A program made the position numbers and the translations under genes. Shown in pieces: positions 10,930 to 21,079 of a DNA stretch of 34,821 nt (within the stretch, counting starts at the first letter, position 1; the number at the start of each line of letters is the position of its first letter). The notes beneath the pieces were generated by a model that saw only the letters and a list, made by a program, of their open reading frames with translations, made no database searches and had not been told where the DNA came from. Source of the DNA: Octopus bimaculoides (lineage: Eukaryota); the NCBI RefSeq assembly GCF_001194135.2, contig NC_068983.1, forward strand, positions 106,578,633 to 106,613,453, given 5' to 3'.

Positions 10930-11247
10930 CCAAAACTCCATTGGTTATGTCAACGAGGGTTCCAGTTGATCCAATCAATGGAACTGCCTGCTTGTGAAAT
11001 TAGCAAGTGGCTGAGCCCTCCACAAACATGTTTCCCCTTAACATAGTTCTCAGAGAGAATCAGCGTGACACAAAATGTGACAAAGCTGGTCCTTTGTAAT
11101 ACAGGTACTACTCATTTTTGCCAGCTGAATGGACTAGACCAACATGAAATAAAATGTGTTGCTTAAGGACACAACACACTGCTGGGAATCAAACTCATGA
11201 TCTTACGACTGTGAGCTGAATACTGTAACCATTAAGCCATGCACCTT
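10930..11247 (-). mobile_element. tRNA-derived SINE, family D
   Basis: Minus head AAGGTGCATGGCTTAATGG...GAGTTTGATTCCC (A/B boxes). Its 3' half is shared with the SINE at 17233-17574. Confidence 0.75.
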
Positions 11248-11484
11248 CTGAGAACTAACCAACAACAATACAAACAAGGTATTATTGATTCTAGGAAGGC
11301 CAGGTGAAGCCACGATGCTTCTTCCAATCCTCTTTCCTGCAGACTAATAATTAAAGAGTGAATAATTCAATTAATTGTGTGTTTATTAGAATGAGTGTTA
11401 ACATATTTAATGCAGTGAATATTTAAAAGTTAATTAGAAATCATTATTAGTAAAAATGAGAGGAAGAAAATATTAGACATTTTA

Positions 11485-11785
11485 ATCATTGTTGTCATTA
11501 TGTGTACGTCCACTCTTCCATACTTGCACAGATCAAATGAGTCTTTTCCAACACAACATTCTATTATTTGTTGTATTCTTCTGTCATGTCCTTTGTAAGG
11601 TTCAACATCCTGAGATGTTTTACATCACTTTTGCCCATGTTTACCTCTTCCACAGTTTCTATCCACAATCATCTCACAGCACTTCTCCACGCAAATGCCA
11701 TAGACATTACATGTCCATACTAACAGTTGTTTCTTTTCCACATTACATTCAAGTTTTTTTTGTAGTTCAGTTTTTCTCACAGCTC
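11485..11785 (-). mobile_element. Old RTE LINE C-terminal remnant
   Basis: Minus frames give KQLL*YGHVMSM, VEKCCEMIVDRNCGRGK, HLRMLNLTKDMT and VVLEKT, ending GGACGTAC with an AT/GAT-like tail. Confidence 0.7.
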
Positions 11786-12529
11786 ATCGGGGCCTCATTA
11801 TCTGTGAGGTACATATGAGCTGTACCTCATAGACAATATGATTCTAATTATTTTGGCAAACATGTGAAACAACTCAACATGTTTCCCTCTTATTAGACCT
11901 CTTCAGAGCTTTAATACTCACTACATTAAATATGGAAACACTAACTTGATTATTGTTTCTTTTTGTGGATGTCGTCCCTCAGTAATGTCTGTCATTAATT
12001 CATTTTGAACATAGATTAACTTATTCCACACTCTCTCCAGCCTTTATCTAAATAACCAGACTATACAAAACTATATTTTAACTTTTAAATGGCAAACTAT
12101 TTCAGCCAAAATCTTTGTTAAAATGAGACACTTTGTTAATTTGAAGTTTGAGTCTTAAGAAAGTTGATCAGTGAAGAATTTTGAACTTCTCATGAAGATT
12201 TCCCAATTGTATGTTTTAATGTCATTTAATTGTTTTGTAACTAAAAGACCATGCCATGATTTTCTCTTATACACTTCTCCATTATTATAATGCTATAGAC
12301 ATTTATCAACATTAGCTACAGTATCTCTGTCAACAGACTCTAACAATAAACCATGGTTTTGATTCTTTGAGACAATTATCATCAATGTCATCATTTACTG
12401 TTGAGACATTCGCGTATTATTTTTCAGAAATAGCTTTTCATCGCTAAATTCTCATTCATCTGAATAATACTTTGCTTCTGGGAGAAATAAATCCAAGGCT
12501 ATTAGAAGCCTTGGTCAGTTTGTGTAAGA

Positions 12530-12665
12530 TAAATGGCTGCACTGCACTGCACATGTAATGTTAATGGATGAAGAGTGCTGGGGGAAAAGGTTGTTAGCTG
12601 ATTGTAGCTTGGAATGAAAGAAGATGTTGATCAAAGAAGCCCCATGGTGAAGTAGAAAGAGTCAA
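12530..12665 (+). mobile_element. Possible very decayed RTE remnant
   Basis: LHCTAHVMLMDEECWGKR resembles LHWYGHVMRMDE.CWVK. Confidence 0.35.
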
Positions 12666-12727
12666 TCATTTAAAAAGTTAGGTATTTAGTTATGGCAAGT
12701 TAGGTAATACATATATGTATGTGTGTA

Positions 12728-12750
12728 TATATCATCAGCATCATCATCAT

Positions 12751-12810
<60 letters not shown>

Positions 12811-12845
12811 CATCATCATTTACGTCCACCTTCCATGCTGGCATC
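12728..12845 (-). repeat. (CAT)n microsatellite that is the tail of a short RTE 3'-end stub
   Basis: About 90 bp of CAT repeats followed by TTTACGTCCACCTTCCATGCTGGCAT, the RTE terminus in reverse. Confidence 0.8.
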
Positions 12846-12917
12846 AAAAAGTAGAGGGAACGTATCTTAAACATTTTCCACTCATATTTTCAAATAACCA
12901 TTAGCTGCATCAGTTTT

Positions 12918-13623
12918 GAGGTGGTGAAGTACGACCTTCGAAGATTGGGCCTTACCGAGGCAATGACTAGTGACCGAGACCTTTAGAGATATACTGTGCT
13001 TGAGAAGACCCGACAAGCCAAGTGAGACCATAGCCTATGACCTATGCCAGTGGGTGTAACCAGCCCACTTATGAATACCCCTCATTCATTGGACAATAAA
13101 CTTGCTTGCGAAGACCTATTGAGGCAAGTGAAATCAAAATCAAAATCACTGATGTGGCCGATGACAGTACCGCCTGATTGGCATTCATGCCAGTGGAATG
13201 TTAAAAGCACATCTGAGCATGGTTGTTGCCAGGGCCACAGATTAGCTTCCGTGCCGGTGGCATGTAAAAAGCACCATTTAAGTGTGATCGTTACCAGCAT
13301 TGCCTTACCAGCACATGTGCCGGTGGCATGTGAAAAACAACATTCAAGCGTTGTTGTTGCCAGTGCCGCCGGAGTGGCTCTTGTGCAGGTAGCATATAAA
13401 AAACACCTTTTGAGCGTGGCTGTTGCCAGAACTGCCTGACAGGCCCTTGTGCCGGTGGCACGTAAAAGCACCCACTACACTCTCGGAGTGGTTGGCATTA
13501 GGAAGGGTATCCAGCTGTAGAAACTTTGCAAGAACAGATTAAGCCTGGTGCAGCCTTCTGGCTCACCTGTCCTCAGTTAAACCGTTCAACCCATGCCAGC
13601 ATGGAAAGCGGATGTTAAACGAT

Positions 13624-13654
<31 letters not shown>

Positions 13655-13656
13655 AT
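12918..13656 (+). mobile_element. 5'-truncated RTE LINE with full 3'UTR
   Basis: EVVKYDLRRLGLTEAMTSDRDL*RYTVLEKTRQAK* (stop 13023-13025). The 3'UTR holds four 65-66 bp repeats and ends GCGGATGTTAAAC plus (GCT/GAT)n. Same family as 652-1524. Confidence 0.92.
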
Positions 13657-14064
13657 AATAAAATATGTATATCCATATCTGTTATCTACAATTTTCTTCA
13701 TCAAGTCTGCTGTAATAATAATAATTCCTGTCGTATACTACTTGTACTGAGGAGAACAGTGATATGTAATTAATTTAATCAAATTAATTTTAATTATTCT
13801 ACCATGTTATATACATGTTAATATCGCTGTTTGCATATATTAAAATTCTTTTCAATTTTAACATCTTCTCTTCTCCATTTTTTAATATACTTGTTGAGTC
13901 TCTTTGGGATACCTTTCCATAAATTTTCATAACACACCATATATATGTAATAATTTTATATTCGCAAAAATCTTACACCAGTAAGCTACCAGCAAAATAT
14001 GAAGAATCTTTGTTAGAATTCACCCTTTGGAACCCTCCAAAGTAAAGGATGAAATATAATTCAA

Positions 14065-14222
14065 CCTCTCCACACATATATAATGGCTTCCACTCATTTT
14101 TCTCTACCAAATTTACTTACAAGGCATGGACCAGCCTGGAGGTATAGTTGTAGACACTTACCCAGTGAGACTGAATCCAAAACCATGTAGTTGCAAAGCA
14201 AGTTTCTTAACCACACAAGGCC
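14065..14222 (-). mobile_element. Decayed SINE family A head
   Basis: Minus GGCCTTGTGTGGTTAAGAAACTTGCTTTGCAACTACATGG...GGATTCAGTCTCACTG...AATTTGGTAGAG matches the family A head. Confidence 0.65.
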
Positions 14223-14350
14223 AGAAGTTAATAAAACTGAATCCAGTTATTGTTATGACATCTCCCATTAATTTCCAAATGTCTACTCTTTGTTCATTCA
14301 TTAGATATTCAAATTGTAGGTAGTGGGTAGCGATTTTCTTCACAACTTCA

Positions 14351-14718
14351 GGGAGTGACGACCCTGCCTGACATGAGTCCTGGGCTCAGCTGGCTCCGGC
14401 TGACAGTACCCAGTATGGGCCCCTATCTAGGGTTACGGAAAGGAGACGACCTTCAAAGAAATCCGGAGTGGAGCCCCATAGGCGGTTTAGTGTTCGACTC
14501 GACACTCTTCCGGCAGCTCCTGTAACCAAGCAGGTGCCAAACGTAATGCTCTGCACTCCTTTGGGCTACATCAGCAAGGTCGAGAGAGGAATTCTGACGA
14601 TTGGGCTACCTAGGATTTTCTTACATCTAGCCCAGGCCTGCACAAAACTGGAGAGGAAACAGCAGAGGACACTGGAGAGGAAACAGCAGAGGACACTGGA
14701 GAGGAAACTGGAGAGGAC
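14351..14718 (+). mobile_element. GC/CpG-rich segment resembling an RTE (BovB-like) 5'UTR, with no ORF attached
   Basis: CpG-rich island in AT-rich DNA. 14582-14656 (GAGAGAGGAATTCTG...GCCCAGGCCTGCAC..CTGGAGAGGA) aligns loosely with the minus-strand leader at about 27600-27680, upstream of the APE domain. GGCAGCTCCTG..CCAAGC.GGTGCCAAA is a motif I recall from RTE 5'UTRs. Confidence 0.55.
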
Positions 14719-15050
14719 ATAAAATGTAAAAACCTGACTGGATTAGTTTATATGTAACTCCATTGTCTCCTGAGACAAAAGAATGCCAACAAGATATTCA
14801 AATGTTACTTTGTAATATTCAGTACAATGCAGTAGACTCTGAAATTGTTGTGAGATTTATGATTTCTGAGCAACTGCATTATTTCTTTGCTGTTTTCGTT
14901 GTAGAACATCCAGAATTCAACAAATCATAGAAATTCTAAATTTCTAGTATTTAAATGCCAAAATGTTTTGAGAAGGATTATCATGACATCTGAAGGATAT
15001 TTCTTTAGTTCTTTTTGTAAAACAAGTCGCAGGTAGTTTTAATCTCTATT

Positions 15051-15157
15051 ATCATTGAGCTTGATTTCTAATAAAGGTTAATGGAGACAGTTCATTGTCA
15101 TATGTATAGCAAGTGGCATTCATGTTGTTGTGAGATATTCCAAGAAGTGTTATGTCA
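15051..15157. repeat. Unclassified dispersed repeat, copy 1 (copy 2 at 19752-19860)
   Basis: TGATTTCTAATAAAGGTTA.TGGAGACAGT.CATTGT...CATTCATGTTGTTGT.AGA.ATTCCAAGAA is present at both sites. Confidence 0.85.
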
Positions 15158-15170
15158 TGGATATCTAGGT

Positions 15171-15599
15171 GCAGGTATGGCTGCATAGTAAGAAGCTTGC
15201 TTCCCAACCACGTGGTTCCAGGTTCGGTCTCAACGTATGGCACCTTGGGCAAGTGTCTTCTACTATAGCCTTAGGCTAACAAAGGCTTTGTGAGTGGATT
15301 TGGTAGACAGAAACTGAAAGAAGCCCATCGTATATGTATATTTATGTGTGTGTGTGTGTGTGAGTGTGTGTGTGTGTCTGTGTTTGTCTCCCACTACTGC
15401 TTGACAACCGGTGTTGGTGTGTTTACATCCATGTAACTTAGCAGTTCAGCAAAAGAGACCAATAAAATTGGTACCAGGCTTAAAAAAAAAAAAATAAAGT
15501 ACTGGGGTCAATTCATTTGACTAAAAAATTCTTCAAGGTGATGCCCCAGCATGGCCACAGTCTCATAACTGAAACAAGTAAAAGAGAAAAGATAAAAGA
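15171..15599 (+). mobile_element. Full-length tRNA-derived SINE, family A
   Basis: A-box-like TGGCTGCATAG, B-box-like GGTTCGGTCTC, central (GT)n tract, and a 3' CAGCATGGCCACAGTC...GAAACAAGTAAAAGA tail. Confidence 0.9.
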
Positions 15600-16045
15600 T
15601 CTACATGTGCTTGAGCTGGAATTAAACTTACAAAGCTTATATTTCATGCAGAGCTTCCAAATATTTTTATTCACAGGTAACCTGTGTGGAATAATGATTA
15701 GTGAGTTCAATTCCAACTGAAGAACATATACAATGGTACCCGATTATGAACAGAGACTAAATTGTTTGATATATTTTGTTTTATCAAAGTGTTTCTCTTA
15801 CTCAGGTCTCTCCAGATTACAGAAAAGGCAAAATCAGTGAATCTGAGACAAAAATACAAGTGTAGAGGTTGCCCAGACAGTCAGTACTACTAGACACAAA
15901 ATCCTGATGAGGTTGATTGAAAATATTTTCTATCAGTATTCTGTAGTCATCTACTATAATAATACTCTTGCATTTTTCACCATCACAACATATGAATGAG
16001 GAAGAAAGGGGTGATAGATGAATGAAGAAGGGGTGATGGCAAATT

Positions 16046-16358
16046 GGTAGTGGGATGATGGAAATTCTACAGTGAAAAAAAATCAAACAGCATTTCAACT
16101 CTATGTGAGTATATGTATGTGTACGTAAAAGGGAGGTATGTGAATGTTTGTGTGTGCATGTGTGTGTGTGTGTGCATGTGTGTGTGTGCATGTGTGTGTG
16201 TGCATGTGTGTGTGTGCATGTATGTGTGTGCAATGGAAGTGGGATGGCGAGCATTCAACGCTGAAAAGAAAAATCAAACTGCGTTTCAACTCTGTGTGAT
16301 TATATGTGTATATGTATGTACATGTACAATGGAAGTATGTAAATGTTTGTATGTGTGA
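16046..16358 (+). repeat. Tandem duplication (about 189 bp) containing a (GTGTGCAT)n tract
   Basis: GG.AGTGGGATG...GAAAA..AATCAAAC.GC.TTTCAACTCT.TGTGA.TATATGT at 16046 and again at 16235. Confidence 0.75.
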
Positions 16359-16442
16359 ATCAGCATTCTTTCAGTAACAAATGATGATCAATGTCCCATC
16401 TCAAAAGACAACCACTAGATAACATTGACAAGTGTATTAATT

Positions 16443-16736
16443 GAGCGAGGTCGTTGCCAGTGCCGCTGGACTGGCTCCCGCGCAGGTGGCACATAAAAAA
16501 CACCTTTTTGAGAGTATGGCTGTTGCCAGTACCATGTGACTGGCCCTCGTGCCGGTGGCACGTAAAAGCACCCACTATACTCTTGGGGTGGTTGGCGTTA
16601 GGAAGGGCATCCAGCTGTAGAAACTCTGCCAGATCAGATTGGAGCCTGGTGCAGCCTTCTGGTTTGCCAGTCCTCAGTCAAATCATCCAACCCATGCTAG
16701 CATAGAAAGCGGACGTTAAACGATGATGATGATGAT
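16443..16736 (+). mobile_element. RTE LINE 3'UTR fragment, young-looking
   Basis: Colinear with 13350-13656, retains CpGs, ends GCGGACGTTAAAC(GAT)n. Confidence 0.9.
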
Positions 16737-17029
16737 TCTATCCCATATTTAGTTATGGCCAGCTTTATGTGGTCTTAAGCTGTACAAGAAAGAAGGAAAA
16801 CTTAAAAATTCTTTTGAAGGAAACAAGCAGTCAAGGAATGTTAGTTGCAGAGAGATTTTTCATAAAAAATTTGGTAATAAAAGAATAATTAAACTAAAAA
16901 CTTTGTTTTGTACCTTATTTATATATAAAATACTACAATTAGCCATCATTTTTGATGGCACGGGGTCAGCTAGTAGCTTAATAAAATACATTAATAATAA
17001 AATAAAACAATAATTTTTTCTGCTATACT

Positions 17030-17776
17030 GCAAGCATGGCTGTGTGGTAAGAAGCTTTCTTCCCAATTACATGGATCTAGGTTCAGTCTCACTGTGTGGC
17101 ACCTTCTACTATAGCCTTGGACCAACCAAAACCTTTTGAGTGAATTTGATAGATAGAAACTAAAAGAAGCCCACTGTATATAGTATGTGTGTGTGTGTGT
17201 GTGTGTGTTTGTGTCTGTGTTTGTCCCTCACCATGGAGGCACAAGTGCCCAGTGGTTAGGGCAGCGGACTTGTGGTTGTAGAATCACAGTTTCAATTCCC
17301 AGACCAGGCGTTGTGAGTGTTTATTGAGTGAAAACACCTAAAGTTCCACAAGGCTCCGGCAGGGGATGGTGGTGAACCCTGCTGTACTCTTTCACCACAA
17401 CTTTCTCTCACTCTTTCTTCCTGTTTCTGTTGTACCTGTATTTCAGAGGGCCAGCCTTGTCACACTCTGTGTCATGTTGAGTCTCCCTGAGAACTACGTT
17501 AAGGGTACACAGTCTGTTCCGTTGGTTGGATCAACTGGAACTCTTGTCGTTGTAACGGACAGAGTGCCAACCAATTGTCCCCCACCACCACTTGACAACT
17601 GGTGTTGGTGTGTTTATGGTCCCTGTAACTTAGTGGTTCAGCAAAAGAGATTGATAAAATAAGTATTAAGCTTTAAAGAATAAGTCCTAGTGTAGATTTG
17701 GTTGACTAAAACCCCTCAAGGCAGTGCCTCAGCATGGCTTCAGTCAAATGACTGAAACAGGATTAAAAATAAAAGA
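17030..17776 (+). mobile_element. SINE family A copy split by a nested SINE
   Basis: Head and (GT)n at 17030-17232; tail from 17575 (CCACCACTTGACAACTGGTG...ATGACTGAAAC...AAAAGA). Confidence 0.85.
17233..17574 (+). mobile_element. Nested tRNA-derived SINE (family E) with a 12-bp TSD
   Basis: Head GGAGGCACAAGTGCCCAGTGGTTAGGGC...GTTTCAATTCCC. Flanked by TTGTCCCTCACC (17221-17232) and TTGTCCCCCACC (17575-17586). Confidence 0.85.
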
Positions 17777-17807
17777 CATAGGCATAAGACCTGAAGTTTC
17801 AGTTGAT

Positions 17808-17984
17808 GGGGGCTAGTCATTTTCATTGACCTCAGTGCTAAACTGGTACCTATTTTGTTGACCCTAAAAGGATAGAAGGTGAAGTCGACTTTGGTGGAAT
17901 TTGAACTCAGAATGTGAAGAACTGGAAGAAATGCCACTTAACATTTTGTTTGATGTGCAAATGATTCTGCCAATTTGCAACCTG
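17808..17984 (-). mobile_element. SINE family B
   Basis: CTGGTACCTATTTTGTTGACCCTAAAAGGAT...GTCGACTTTGGTGGAATTTGAACTC; homologous to 5058-5209. Confidence 0.8.
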
Positions 17985-18879
17985 AAATAAAATAATTAAT
18001 GAAATAACAATGGTTTCTGATATTGATTCAAGGCTATAAATTTCTTATATTGATTCAAGGCTATGATTGCTTCTCCTTATTTATTTTACCAATTCTAGAG
18101 AGATGAACAGTGAAGTCAACTTCAGTTGCAAATATTGCATTACTTGCTTTAAGAAAAGTGGTAGATAACATGAAAAAAATGTATAATGGATGGCCGAAAC
18201 ATTAAGGTAATGAATAAAATACCTTATAGTTATTTTTAAATTGAAGTTCAAGACCTGCTGCAGTAGACTATCATTCAGTTGTCTGGTGTCAATAAATAAG
18301 TATCAATGAAGTACTAGGATTAATTTTTATTGATTATATCCTTTCACCGAAATATGTAGCTTTACACCTATATTAGAAATTATTAGTTTGTATGAGAAGG
18401 ATAATGATGATGATGATGATGATGAAGATGAAGAGGAAGTACCATACCTATAAACTTTCCAGTGTCTCCTAGACTCGTGAAGTTGATATTAGCTTGAAAT
18501 TTTACACTCAAATGTTTTTTTGGAAATTGTAGGCAATACGAAAGAAGTATTTCAGCAAGTGACTGTTCTGGGTGAGAAGGAATTTTGAAAGTGTTTAATT
18601 TAGACTCCATAGGTGATACACAGGAAAGGTGACATGATTAGGAGGGGAAGGTGCATTAAATGATCTTTGGCAGAGTAGAGAAGCAGGAGCTATTGTAGAA
18701 ATAGTAAAGAAAACAGAGAGAGGACTTAGAAGGAACAGCAACTGTTTAAATATAAAGTATGTTTTGGTTCTGAAGAGCAAGATGAACTTTTGAATGTAGT
18801 CTTGACTATGATAACATGGAAAGTTGAAACTAAATACTGACTTCTCATATTGATCTAAGGTAAAACATTGTATGGAGGA

Positions 18880-19055
18880 GAGGTACAATTGATTGAGTCA
18901 ACCCTTGTGTTTGTTTGGTATTTTGTTTCTTTTAACCTGGAGAAATAAAGAGCAAAGTTGGCCCCAGCAGGATTTTAAAACTAGAACATAAAGAAACATA
19001 ATCAATACTACAAGGCATTCTGTTTTGTGTTCTACTACTTCACTCATTCAGCTGA
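18880..19055 (-). mobile_element. Highly decayed SINE family B
   Basis: GAGCAAAGTTGGCCCCAGCAGGATTTTAAAACTAGAACATAAAG matches the family B pattern. Confidence 0.5.
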
Positions 19056-19751
19056 TTTAAAATACAACACTTTTAGAAAATAATTTTCAATTCATTCTCA
19101 CCTCCACTTTGAGTACAGAAAAAAGCTAAAGTATGTTTGTTTATTAGTGACCTTTTTGATAATAATCCACCTGAGACTGCCTTTGGTTCTAGAATACAAA
19201 ACTGCCTGTTTGAAAGTATGCATTCATATTTAAATTAAAACCTTTCTTCATAATTTTATGCAAAATTGCTTTGTTGTATAATGTTCCAACACACTGGCTT
19301 GATAGGAATAAATGTAAAAGATAGTTATCTTAGTAAAGGCAACAAAATTCTCAATTATTTTCAAAATTAGATGAAAGAACAGGCGGTGCATTTCATTAGA
19401 AATATAGTTATGAAATGGTTAAACACCCACCTTATCTAACTAATCACCAGTAGCACTAGTTTTGTTCATTTTATTAATTAGAAAACTCTCAAGTTTTGAA
19501 GGGAGAAGGGAACAGGAAATTGTATAAATTTAGAGGAGCATTAATGGTGCAAGTGAAGTTAAGTAAATTTCAGCTGAGAATTGAAACTGTGTTGTTAACA
19601 AGACTAGACAAAACTAGACGAGATTACCCTTGTCTTGTTTGGGAACTTATCTTATGCTCTTAGGTGTTCATTATATTTAATCACCATTATTAAATATAAT
19701 TAAACAAAGCTAATTGTGTTCAATGCTTTCATTGATTAGTCCATAGAAAAA

Positions 19752-19860
19752 TCTGTTCCAGCATGATTTCTAATAAAGGTTAGTGGAGACAGTCCATTGT
19801 AACATGCATAACAAGTGACATTCATGTTGTTGTAAGACATTCCAAGAAAATGTATAATTA
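19752..19860. repeat. Unclassified dispersed repeat, copy 2
   Basis: Homologous to 15051-15157 in the same orientation. Confidence 0.85.
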
Positions 19861-20020
19861 ATGTAATTTGGTTTCCTTTTCTTTTTAAAATAATTGATAG
19901 TAAAATTTCTTCTTTGTTCAATATTGAACTGGAAAATGTTTGTTTTACTTCATGTTTTCTGTTTCTATTTTGAATATAATTTCTAAAAAAAAATTCTGAA
20001 GCAGAAATTTATAAAGGTTG

Positions 20021-20021
<1 letters not shown>

Positions 20022-20106
<85 letters not shown>
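20022..20106. repeat. (GT)n microsatellite
   Basis: Pure GT run. Confidence 0.97.
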
Positions 20107-20108
<2 letters not shown>

Positions 20109-20496
20109 TGTGCATTTGTCACTGTGTCTTATGTTTCTTGTAGAAAAAAACATCAGACTTAAAAAAACCCCCAAAAACTTGCAGCTTAGTGGTTCAATTA
20201 ATTAGATTGAAACTGATAAAATAAATATTACGGTTATATAAGTACTGGGATAAATATGACTGATGAACACCATTAGAAGTGGTGCCTCAACATTGCAAAG
20301 GATCAACAGTCTCAGACAGCCCCTAGCCTTCACCATGCACTTTATCATGTGTTGAAGTCATATACTCTGCCAGTTCTTGATGTTCATTCAATGTGTCCTA
20401 AAAATGTGGGCATAAAAGTTCTGATTCTTGATAACACAGCCAAATATTGCTGCCTTCTAATAAAGAAAAATAGTGTTATAATTATTGAAATTTACA

Positions 20497-20655
20497 CAGG
20501 AGTGGCTGTGTGGTAAGTAGCTTGCTTACCAACCACATGGTTCCAGGTTCAATCACACTGTGTAGCAATTTGGGCAAGTGTCTTCTACTATAGTCTCAGG
20601 CTGACCAAAACCTTGTGAATAGATTTGGTAGATGGAAGCTGAAAGAAACCCATCG

Positions 20656-20711
<56 letters not shown>

Positions 20712-20915
20712 TGTCTGTCTGTCTGTATGTCCACCCACCATCGCTTGACAACCAATGCTGGTGTGTTTACATCCCTGTACCTCAGTGGTTCAGCAAAAGA
20801 TATCGATAGAATAAGTATTAGGCTTACAAAAAATAAGTCCTGGTGTCGATATGTTGGACTAAAAGGCAGTGCTTCAGCATGGCTGCAGTCAAAATGACTG
20901 AAATAAATAAAAGAA
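20497..20915 (+). mobile_element. Full-length SINE family A
   Basis: GGAGTGGCTGTGTGG (A box), GGTTCAATCAC (B box), central (GT)n, and the family tail. Confidence 0.92.
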
Positions 20916-20919
20916 TATC

Positions 20920-21070
20920 TCAACCATGTGTGTTTTGAGTTCAGTCCCAGTGTGTGGCACACTGAACAAATGGCTTCTACTATAGCCTGAGGCTGACCAG
21001 AGCCTTGTGAGTGAAATTGACTGATGAAAACTGAGAGAAGTCTGTTGTATGTGTGCATGTGTGCATGTGT
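20920..21070 (+). mobile_element. Partial SINE family A head directly behind the previous copy
   Basis: CAACCATGTG...GAGTTCAGTCCCAGTGTGTGGCAC...CTTCTACTATAGCCTGAGGCTGACCAGAGCCTTGTGAGTG. Confidence 0.75.
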
Positions 21071-21079
21071 GTACATATA

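Noticed and set aside
13044-13471. 131-aa and 129-aa ORFs on both strands
   Set aside because: They lie in the RTE 3'UTR tandem units downstream of the true stop. Their repetitiveness comes from the 66-bp unit.
13220-13478. CRISPR-like regularly spaced repeats
   Set aside because: The whole unit is repeated with no unique spacers, the context is a eukaryotic LINE, and there are no cas genes.
15905-15932. CTGATGA-GGTTGATT-GAAA-ATATT hammerhead-like string
   Set aside because: Stem II barely pairs and stem I is absent, so it is probably chance in AT-rich DNA.
15817-16254. 145-aa minus ORF as a possible host exon
   Set aside because: Half is (CA)-type repeat, the rest has no recognisable domain, and there are no convincing in-frame splice sites.
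20497-20575. tRNA genes at SINE heads (also 15171, 17233, 30270-30347, 33793)
   Set aside because: A/B boxes are present but there is no complete cloverleaf, and each continues into SINE body sequence.
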